7,919 nt of DNA, taken from the IMG/VR virus record IMGVR_UViG_2698536312_000008; one strand, 5' to 3'. Made by a program: the position numbers and the translations under genes. The notes beneath the pieces were generated by a model. That model was given only the letters and a program-made list of their open reading frames with translations. It had not been told where the DNA came from and made no database searches. This document shows positions 1 to 6,163 of this stretch, piece by piece; the stretch's first letter is position 1; each line of letters opens with the position of its first letter. Origin of the DNA: a virus (Duplodnaviria; Heunggongvirae; Uroviricota; Caudoviricetes).

Positions 1-98
1 GGTTTATCTTCAAGTTAACTATATGAAAAATATAAAAACAGGTCTTCTGTGAACCGGACATGACCGGTTTTGTTGTGATTGTGAGGTGAGAGTTCAGA

Positions 99-548
99 TT
101 GCAGAAATTGCCGGGTGCCCCGATATCGAATAAGCGAGGGCAACTGGATCTGGATGCCTGGCGCGATTTTTACATATCGTATCTGAGAAGAAGTAAAAAC
201 GATGTGCCTGATGGCGATAGCGAAGACGACTATGAGGAAAAATTGCTTATTGCCAGATGGGAACTGACAGCAGAACAGGCTGTTACACAGCAGTTAAAAA
301 ATGAGGTGTCAAAAGGAAAACTTATTGACACCGGGTTCTGTATTTTTGCCCTCAGCAAGCTGGCAATGGCGTTATCCAGTACGCTTGATTCCATCCCTTT
401 ATCCATGCAACGACAGTTTCCTGATTTAACACCACGCCATCTTGACCATCTGAAAACCCTTATTGCGAAGGGGGCAAATCAGTGTGCGCGGGCAGGGGAT
501 AAATTACCGGATTTACTCGATGAATATATCAGAGCAACAACTGAATAA
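99..548 (+). CDS. nu1: Terminase small subunit, lambda Nu1-like, N-terminally truncated relative to lambda Nu1 (possible pseudogene or TTG-initiated short form)
   Basis: The C-terminal ~75 aa (KLIDTGFCIFALSKL...SIPLSMQRQFPDL..RHLDHLK...LPDLLDEYI) align colinearly with the recalled C-terminal half of lambda Nu1 (ETAFCTFVLSRI...GLPLSVQRRFPEL.NRHVDFLK...IPGLLSEYI). The first residues (QKLPGAPI) appear to match lambda near residue ~21-29 (QEQGMPV). An in-frame TGA at 87-89 closes the frame upstream, and the other two frames upstream hold stops and no Nu1-like coding. The only start is TTG at 99, preceded by an SD-like GAGGTGA at 83-89. The 3' end overlaps the gpA start, as in lambda. Confidence 0.7.
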   Translation: MQKLPGAPISNKRGQLDLDAWRDFYISYLRRSKNDVPDGDSEDDYEEKLLIARWELTAEQAVTQQLKNEVSKGKLIDTGFCIFALSKLAMALSSTLDSIPLSMQRQFPDLTPRHLDHLKTLIAKGANQCARAGDKLPDLLDEYIRATTE

Positions 549-2448
549 TATGATGAGTGCTGTCACAACAGCATTACAGCCCCTGATAAGGGCATTGCCG
601 GTGACGCCAGTTGAATGGGCTGATCAAAATTATTATCTGCCTAAAGAATCTTCATATGGTGAGGGAGAATGGAAAACGCTGCCGTTCCAGGTCGCCATTA
701 TGAACTGTATGGGTAACGACCAGGTTCGCACGGTTAACCTGATTAAATCTGCCCGTGTTGGCTATACAAAGATGTTGCTGGGGGTGGTCGGGTATTTTAT
801 TGAGCATAAATCACGAAACAGTCTGCTTTTTCAGCCCACGGATTCTGCCGCTGAAGATTTTATGAAGTCTCACGTGGAGGCGACGATTCGGGATGTGCCA
901 TGCCTGAAAGACCTTTCCCCATGGCTGGGTCGTAAACATCGTGATAATACCCTCACGCTGAAACGTTTTTCATCGGGCGTGGGCTTCTGGTGCCTGGGCG
1001 GGGCTGCCGCTAAAAACTACCGTGAAAAATCCGTGGACGTGGTCTGCTATGACGAACTTTCCTCGTTCGAACCGGATGTCGAAAAAGAGGGGTCGCCAAC
1101 CCTGCTTGGGGATAAACGTATTGAGGGCTCTGTATGGCCCAAATCCATTCGCGGCTCGACGCCTAAAATCAAAGGCACCTGCCAGATCGAAAAAGCGGCC
1201 AACGAGTCGGCGCATTTTATGCGTTTTTATGTGCCCTGCCCACACTGTGGGGAGGAGCAGTATCTGAAATTTGGCGATGAGTCCACGCCTTTTGGGCTTA
1301 AATGGGAGAAGGACAGTCCCGAAAGTGTTTTCTACCTCTGTGAACATCATGGCTGCGTGATCCATCAGTCTGAACTGGACCAGAGCAACGGGCGGTGGAT
1401 CTGTGAAAACACGGGCATGTGGACCCGTGACGGTCTGACGTTTTTCAGCGCTGCGGGTAATGAAATTCCGCCGCCGCGCTCCATCACGTTCCATATCTGG
1501 ACGGCGTACAGTCCGTTTACCACCTGGGTACAGATAGTCTATGACTGGCTGGATGCACTGAAAGATCCCAACGGCGTGAAAACCTTTGTGAACACCACGC
1601 TGGGCGAGACCTGGGAAGAGGCCGTGGGCGAAAAACTTGATCACCAGGTGCTGATGGATAAGGTCGTGCATTATACGGCGGCGGTACCTGCCCGGGTGGT
1701 TTATCTGACGGCGGGCATTGACTCGCAGCGAAACCGTTTTGAGATGTATGTCTGGGGATGGGCACCGGGAGAGGAAGCTTTTCTGGTGGATAAAATCATC
1801 ATTATGGGGCGTCCTGATGAGGAAGAGACGCTGTTACGTGTGGATGCGGCGATCAACAAAAAATACCGCCATGCGGATGGCACCGAGATGACCATTTCCC
1901 GTGTCTGCTGGGACACCGGGGGGATCGATGGCGAAATCGTTTATCAGAGGTCAAAAAAACACGGTGTTTTCCGGGTGCTGCCGGTAAAAGGTGCATCTGT
2001 TTATGGCAAGCCGGTGATCACCATGCCAAAAACCCGCAATCAGCGGGGCGTGTATCTGTGCGAAGTGGGGACGGACACCGCAAAAGAAATTCTCTATGCC
2101 CGTATGAAAGCCGATCCCACGCCTGCGGATGAAGCCACGTCGTATGCCATCCGTTTTCCTGATGAGCCGGAGATTTTTTCGCAGACAGAGGCGCAGCAAC
2201 TGGTGGCGGAAGAGCTTGTGGAGAAGTGGGAAAAAGGAAAGATGCGTCTGCTGTGGGATAACAAAAAGCGGCGTAACGAAGCGCTGGACTGCCTGGTGTA
2301 TGCCTACGCGGCATTACGTGTGTCCGTGCAACGCTGGCAGCTTGATCTGGCTGTACTGGCAAAATCCCGGGAAGAAGAGACGACCCGGCCACCCCTTAAA
2401 GAACTGGCAGCGAAGCTGTCCGGAGGAGTGAATGGTTACAGTCGCTGA
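520..2448 (+). CDS. A: Terminase large subunit (lambda gpA-like; packaging ATPase plus cos endonuclease)
   Basis: Near-colinear similarity to recalled lambda gpA over the whole length: MNIS..., VEWAD.NYYLPKES.Y.EG.W.TLPFQ, Walker-A-like KSARVGYTKMLLGV, Walker-B-like VDVVCYDE, CPHCGEEQYLKFGD, TFVNTTLGETWE, AGIDSQ, WDTGGID, KKRRNEALDC. The ORF track starts at 463, but the homologous N-terminus MNISEQQ begins at the ATG at 520. The stop is TGA at 2446-2448. Length is about 642 aa, versus about 641 aa recalled for lambda gpA. Confidence 0.93.
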   Translation: MNISEQQLNNMMSAVTTALQPLIRALPVTPVEWADQNYYLPKESSYGEGEWKTLPFQVAIMNCMGNDQVRTVNLIKSARVGYTKMLLGVVGYFIEHKSRNSLLFQPTDSAAEDFMKSHVEATIRDVPCLKDLSPWLGRKHRDNTLTLKRFSSGVGFWCLGGAAAKNYREKSVDVVCYDELSSFEPDVEKEGSPTLLGDKRIEGSVWPKSIRGSTPKIKGTCQIEKAANESAHFMRFYVPCPHCGEEQYLKFGDESTPFGLKWEKDSPESVFYLCEHHGCVIHQSELDQSNGRWICENTGMWTRDGLTFFSAAGNEIPPPRSITFHIWTAYSPFTTWVQIVYDWLDALKDPNGVKTFVNTTLGETWEEAVGEKLDHQVLMDKVVHYTAAVPARVVYLTAGIDSQRNRFEMYVWGWAPGEEAFLVDKIIIMGRPDEEETLLRVDAAINKKYRHADGTEMTISRVCWDTGGIDGEIVYQRSKKHGVFRVLPVKGASVYGKPVITMPKTRNQRGVYLCEVGTDTAKEILYARMKADPTPADEATSYAIRFPDEPEIFSQTEAQQLVAEELVEKWEKGKMRLLWDNKKRRNEALDCLVYAYAALRVSVQRWQLDLAVLAKSREEETTRPPLKELAAKLSGGVNGYSR

Positions 2449-2638
2449 ACTGCAGGCGCTGCGTCAGGCGCGCCTTGATTTATTAACCGGTAAACGGGTG
2501 GTGTCTGTCCAGAAAGATGGTCGCAGAATTGAATATACGGCGGCTTCTCTGGATGAGCTTAACCGGGCGATCAATGATGCGGAGTCGGTACTGGGGACAA
2601 CCCGGCGTCGCCGTCGTCCGCTGGGAGTGAGGTTATGA
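2432..2638 (+). CDS. W: Head completion / head-tail joining protein (lambda gpW-like)
   Basis: 68 aa, the same length as lambda gpW as recalled, with the shared core LLTGKRVVSVQKDGRRIEYTAASL and an RRRRP motif near the C-terminus. GGAGGAG SD at 2423-2429, ATG at 2432. Overlaps the gpA 3' end by 17 nt. Its TGA stop overlaps the ATG of the portal gene (ATGA). Confidence 0.9.
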   Translation: MVTVAELQALRQARLDLLTGKRVVSVQKDGRRIEYTAASLDELNRAINDAESVLGTTRRRRRPLGVRL

Positions 2639-4227
2639 AACGAACGCCTGTCCTGATTGATGTGAACGGCGTTCCGCTTCGGGAGAGCCTCAGCTACAAC
2701 GGGGGCGGCGCAGGATTTGGCGGGCAAATGGCGGAGTGGTTGCCACCCTCGCAGAGTGCCGATGCGGCCCTGCTGCCCGCGTTGCGTCTGGGGAATGCCC
2801 GGGCAGATGATCTGGTGCGCAATAACGGGATAGCGGCCAATGCGGTGGCCCTGCATAAGGATCACATTGTCGGGCATATGTTTCTTATCAGCTACCGTCC
2901 GAACTGGCGCTGGCTGGGGATGCGGGAGACCGCGGCAAAAAGTTTTGTCGATGAGGTGGAGGCGGCCTGGTCAGAATACGCAGAAGGGATGTTTGGTGAG
3001 ATCGACGTGGAAGGGAAACGCACGTTTACGGAATTTATCCGTGAAGGTGTGGGCGTTCATGCGTTTAACGGCGAAATCTTTGTGCAGCCGGTCTGGGATA
3101 CGGAAACCACGCAGTTATTCCGTACGCGTTTTAAAGCCGTGAGTCCGAAACGGGTGGACACGCCAGGACACGGTATCGGGAACCGTTTTCTGCGGGCCGG
3201 TGTGGAGGTCGATCGATATGGCCGTGCCGTTGCGTACCATATCTGTGAGGATGATTTTCCTCGCTCCGGGAGTGGACGATGGGAACGGATCCCGCGTGAA
3301 CTACCCACCGGGCGTCCGGCCATGCTGCATATTTTCGAGCCGGTGGAGGACGGGCAGACCCGTGGGGCCAATCAGTTTTACAGCGTCATGGAACGGCTGA
3401 AGATGCTCGATTCCCTGCAGGCAACACAGCTTCAGTCGGCCATAGTGAAGGCGATGTATGCAGCGACGATTGAAAGTGAACTGGATACCGAAAAGGCCTT
3501 TGAATATATCGCCGGTGCGCCGCAGGGGCAGAAGGATAATCCGCTTATTAATATTCTGGAGAAGTTCTCCAGCTGGTATGACACGAATCACGTGACGCTG
3601 GGCGGTGTCAAAATTCCGCACCTTTTCCCTGGTGATGATCTGAAACTGCAGACAGCGCAGGATTCAGACAATGGATTTTCGGCGCTTGAACAGGCGCTGC
3701 TGCGGTATATCGCCGCCGGTCTTGGCGTTTCCTACGAACAGTTGTCCCGTGATTACTCGAAGGTCAGTTACTCAAGTGCCCGCGCCTCCGCCAATGAGTC
3801 GTGGCGCTATTTTATGGGGCGGCGAAAATTTATTGCGGCCCGACTGGCCACGCAGATGTTTTCCTGCTGGCTGGAAGAGGCACTTCTTCGGGGGATTATT
3901 CGTCCGCCACGGGCTCGTTTTGATTTTTATCAGGCGCGATCAGCCTGGTCACGGGCAGAGTGGATTGGTGCCGGAAGAATGGCCATTGACGGGCTCAAGG
4001 AAGTCCAGGAATCAGTGATGCGCATTGAGGCCGGACTGAGCACGTATGAGAAAGAGCTGGCGCTGATGGGCGAGGATTATCAGGACATTTTCCGCCAGCA
4101 GGTCAGGGAATCTGCAGAGCGGGAAAAAGCCGGACTCTCACGCCCGGTGTGGATAGCGCAGGCGTATCAGCAGCAGATAGCGGAGAGTCGCAGGCCGGAA
4201 GAGGAGACAACACCACGTGAGACGTAA
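2635..4227 (+). CDS. B: Portal protein (lambda gpB-like)
   Basis: 530 aa with extensive colinear identity to recalled lambda gpB: GGG.GFGGQ, GNARADDLVRNNG.AANA, HIFEPVEDGQTRGAN.FYSVME, LQSAIVKAMYAATIESELDT, LLRYIAAGLGVSYEQLSR, ARASANESW.YFMGRRKF, WIG.GRMAIDGLKEVQE, EAGLSTYEKE. SD GGAGTGAGG upstream, ATG at 2635. Confidence 0.94.
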   Translation: MKRTPVLIDVNGVPLRESLSYNGGGAGFGGQMAEWLPPSQSADAALLPALRLGNARADDLVRNNGIAANAVALHKDHIVGHMFLISYRPNWRWLGMRETAAKSFVDEVEAAWSEYAEGMFGEIDVEGKRTFTEFIREGVGVHAFNGEIFVQPVWDTETTQLFRTRFKAVSPKRVDTPGHGIGNRFLRAGVEVDRYGRAVAYHICEDDFPRSGSGRWERIPRELPTGRPAMLHIFEPVEDGQTRGANQFYSVMERLKMLDSLQATQLQSAIVKAMYAATIESELDTEKAFEYIAGAPQGQKDNPLINILEKFSSWYDTNHVTLGGVKIPHLFPGDDLKLQTAQDSDNGFSALEQALLRYIAAGLGVSYEQLSRDYSKVSYSSARASANESWRYFMGRRKFIAARLATQMFSCWLEEALLRGIIRPPRARFDFYQARSAWSRAEWIGAGRMAIDGLKEVQESVMRIEAGLSTYEKELALMGEDYQDIFRQQVRESAEREKAGLSRPVWIAQAYQQQIAESRRPEEETTPRET

Positions 4228-5722
4228 TCTTTCACACATTATTGCCGCAGCATTCAATGAACCGCTGCTTCTGGAGCCCACCTATGCGCGGGTTTTCTTT
4301 TGCGCGCTCGGGCGCGAGATGGGGGCAGCAAGTCTTTCGGTACCACAACAACAGGTACAGCTTGATGCTCCCGGAATGCTGGCTGAAACGGACGAGTACA
4401 TGGCCGGAGGTAAACGACCGGCCCGTGTTTACCGGGTGGTGAACGGTATTGCTGTACTGCCGGTGACCGGCACGCTGGTGCACCGGCTGGGCGGTATGCG
4501 GCCATTTTCCGGAATGACAGGCTATGACGGCATTGTCGCCTGTCTTCAGCAGGCAATGGCAGATAGCCAGGTGCGGGGCGTACTGCTGGACATTGACAGT
4601 CCGGGCGGGCAGGCCGCCGGCGCGTTTGACTGCGCTGACATGATTTACCGCCTCCGTCAGCAGAAGCCGGTCTGGGCACTGTGCAATGACACGGCCTGTT
4701 CTGCAGCCATGCTGCTGGCGTCGGCCTGCTCCCGACGGCTGGTTACCCAGACATCCCGTATCGGCTCCATTGGCGTGATGATGAGCCATGTCAGCTATGC
4801 CGGTCATCTGGCGCAGGCCGGTGTGGATATCACGCTGATTTATGCCGGGGCGCACAAGGTGGATGGCAATCAGTTTGAAGCGTTGCCGGCAGAGGTTCGC
4901 CAGGATATGCAGCAGCGGATTGATGCGGCGCACCGGATGTTTGCCGAAAAAGTGGCGATGTATACCGGGTTGTCTGTGGATGCGGTCACGGGAACAGAGG
5001 CCGCCGTTTTTGAAGGTCAGTCCGGCATTGAGGCCGGGCTGGCGGATGAATTAATCAATGCGTCGGATGCCATCAGCGTGATGGCTGCGGCGCTGAACAC
5101 TCATGATACAGGAGGCACTATGCCGCAATTAACTGCAACGGAAGCTGCCGCGCAGGAGAACCAGCGAGTGATGGGGATCCTGACGTGTCAGGAAGCGAAA
5201 GGACGTGAACAGCTTGCCACGATGCTGGCAGGACAACAGGGCATGAGCATTGAACAGGCCCGGGCGATTCTGGCCGCGGCGGCACCACAGCAGCCGGTGG
5301 CATCCGCGCAGAGTGAAGCCGATCGCATTATGGCGTGTGAAGAAGCGAAAGGTCGTGAACAACTGGCGGCAACGCTGGCGGCGATGCCGGAGATGACGGT
5401 GGAAAAAGCACGCCCGATCCTGGCGGCTGCACCACTGGCGGATGCCGGGCCCTCACTTCGTGATCAGATCATGGCCCTGGATGAGGCAAAAGGGGCAGAA
5501 GCGCAGGCTGAAAAACTGGCGGCCTGCCCGGGAATGACCGTGGAGAACGCCCGGGCTGTGCTGGCTGCGGGATCAGGTAAGGCCGAACCGGTCTCTGCAT
5601 CCACAACCGCCCTGTTTGAACATTTCATGGCGAATCATTCACCGGCAGCGGTGCGGGGTGGCGTGTCACAGACGTCAGCAGACGGTGATGCGGACGTGAA
5701 AATGCTCATGGCCATGCCATGA
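4217..5722 (+). CDS. C: Head maturation protease / prohead protein (lambda gpC-like, ClpP/SppA S49-type serine peptidase) with an expanded C-terminal scaffold domain
   Basis: Colinear match to recalled lambda gpC: AFNEPL.LEP.YARVFFCAL, NGIAVLPV.GTLV, SGMTGY.GI, FDCAD.I, KPVWAL.ND..CSA..LLAS, SRRLVTQT.R.GSIGVMM.H, ITLIY.G.HKVDGN, MFA.KV..YTGLSV, EAGLADEL.N..DAI.VM. The start is inferred as GTG at 4217: there is no in-frame ATG near the homologous N-terminus, and GAGGAG lies at 4201-4206. Overlaps the portal gene's 3' end. About 501 aa versus about 439 aa for lambda C; the excess is the repeat expansion listed separately. Confidence 0.88.
   Translation: MRRNLSHIIAAAFNEPLLLEPTYARVFFCALGREMGAASLSVPQQQVQLDAPGMLAETDEYMAGGKRPARVYRVVNGIAVLPVTGTLVHRLGGMRPFSGMTGYDGIVACLQQAMADSQVRGVLLDIDSPGGQAAGAFDCADMIYRLRQQKPVWALCNDTACSAAMLLASACSRRLVTQTSRIGSIGVMMSHVSYAGHLAQAGVDITLIYAGAHKVDGNQFEALPAEVRQDMQQRIDAAHRMFAEKVAMYTGLSVDAVTGTEAAVFEGQSGIEAGLADELINASDAISVMAAALNTHDTGGTMPQLTATEAAAQENQRVMGILTCQEAKGREQLATMLAGQQGMSIEQARAILAAAAPQQPVASAQSEADRIMACEEAKGREQLAATLAAMPEMTVEKARPILAAAPLADAGPSLRDQIMALDEAKGAEAQAEKLAACPGMTVENARAVLAAGSGKAEPVSASTTALFEHFMANHSPAAVRGGVSQTSADGDADVKMLMAMP
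5120..5722 (+). CDS. nu3: Scaffolding protein (lambda Nu3-like), nested in-frame in the 3' part of the gpC gene
   Basis: An in-frame ATG at 5120 is preceded by AGGAGG at 5110-5115, a strong SD with a short spacer. This is the equivalent position to where lambda Nu3 starts inside C (lambda ...GGRMTKETQ... versus here ...GGTMPQLTATE...). The downstream sequence carries the Nu3 motif IMGIL.C.EA.GRE....LA..PGMTV..AR.ILAAAP. Predicted product is about 200 aa. Confidence 0.6.
   Translation: MPQLTATEAAAQENQRVMGILTCQEAKGREQLATMLAGQQGMSIEQARAILAAAAPQQPVASAQSEADRIMACEEAKGREQLAATLAAMPEMTVEKARPILAAAPLADAGPSLRDQIMALDEAKGAEAQAEKLAACPGMTVENARAVLAAGSGKAEPVSASTTALFEHFMANHSPAAVRGGVSQTSADGDADVKMLMAMP
5165..5572 (+). 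repeat. Three tandem, diverged, in-frame copies of the scaffold motif (about 114-156 bp each) inside the gpC/Nu3 coding sequence
   Basis: Protein-level repeats: RVMGILTCQEAKGREQLATMLAGQQGMSIEQARAILAAAAP / DRIMACEEAKGREQLAATLAAMPEMTVEKARPILAAAP / DQIMALDEAKGAEAQAEKLAACPGMTVENARAVLAAG. Copies start at about 5165, 5321 and 5459. The DNA copies are clearly related but not identical (for example gaagcgaaaggacgtgaacagcttgcc versus gaagcgaaaggtcgtgaacaactggcg). Confidence 0.65.
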
Positions 5723-5758
5723 AGTCAGTGCTGACCATCAATATGAGGTTTTAACAAA

Positions 5759-6106
5759 ATGGTGACGAAAACCATCACTGAACAGCGTGCGGAAGTACGT
5801 ATTTTTGCTGGTAATGATCCGGCTCATACCGCCACAGGCAGCAGCGGGATTTCTTCTGCAACACCGGCTCTGACGCCCCTGATGCTGGATGAAGCCACCG
5901 GGAAACTGGTGGTCTGGGATGGACAGAAAGCCGGTAGTGCGGTTGGCATACTGGTACTGCCGCTTGAAGGCACAGAGACGGTGCTGACCTATTACAAGTC
6001 GGGGACCTTTGCGACGGAGGCAATCCGCTGGCCTGACAGTGTGGATGAACACAAAAAGGCAAATGCCTTTGCCGGCACAGCCCTGAGTCACGCGGCTCTG
6101 CCGTAA
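5759..6106 (+). CDS. D: Head decoration protein (lambda gpD-like)
   Basis: 115 aa. Matches recalled lambda gpD: NDPAHTAT, TPLMLD, KLV.WDG, AVGIL, YKSGTF, WP....DE.KK..AFAGTA. ATG at 5759, stop at 6104-6106. Confidence 0.92.
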   Translation: MVTKTITEQRAEVRIFAGNDPAHTATGSSGISSATPALTPLMLDEATGKLVVWDGQKAGSAVGILVLPLEGTETVLTYYKSGTFATEAIRWPDSVDEHKKANAFAGTALSHAALP

Positions 6107-6113
6107 CACGTTA

Positions 6114-6135
6114 TCAGGCCACCATGGTGGCCTGA
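6114..6135. promoter_or_regulatory. Perfect 22-bp palindrome (TCAGGCCACCATGGTGGCCTGA) in the D-E intergenic region; predicted RNA stem-loop followed by a U-rich stretch
   Basis: Direct reading: 6114-6135 equals its own reverse complement, giving a 9-bp GC-rich stem with a CAUG loop, followed by ctgatttctgaatg. Lambda has a GC-rich hairpin plus T-run at the equivalent D/E junction (GCCGCCTGTGCGGCTTTTTTT, from recall). Confidence 0.55.
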
Positions 6136-6163
6136 CTGATTTCTGAATGAAAGGAACTGATTT

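Noticed and set aside
463-519. Upstream extension of the large terminase ORF (start at 463, MRRGQISVRG...)
   Set aside because: Homology to lambda gpA begins at the ATG at 520 (MNISEQQ versus lambda MNISNSQ). The extension would lie inside the Nu1-like coding sequence with no similarity.
970-1671. 233-aa minus-strand ORF inside the large terminase gene
   Set aside because: It lies entirely antisense to a strongly supported, conserved coding region. The product is Arg/Pro/Gly-rich, as expected for an antisense read of GC-rich coding DNA, and has no recognisable start context or homology.
2129-2431. 100-aa plus-strand ORF in an alternative frame at the 3' end of gpA, ending just before the gpW start
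   Set aside because: Extremely Arg/Trp/Cys-rich, consistent with an off-frame read of coding sequence. Lambda has no such gene as far as I recall. No start context worth noting.
2464-2877. 137-aa minus-strand ORF antisense to gpW and the portal gene
   Set aside because: Overlaps conserved forward-strand genes. No SD or homology; likely spurious.
4232-4933. 233-aa minus-strand ORF and other alternate-frame ORFs within gpC
   Set aside because: Antisense or out of frame relative to the conserved ClpP-like protease gene. No independent support.
6117-6126. GCCACCATGG, identical to the vertebrate Kozak consensus with an NcoI site, as a possible sign of an engineered insert
   Set aside because: It is the centre of a perfect natural-looking palindrome in a prokaryotic phage intergenic region, at a position where lambda also has a hairpin. 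There are no flanking vector-like sequences or a downstream ORF starting at that ATG, so it is most likely coincidence.
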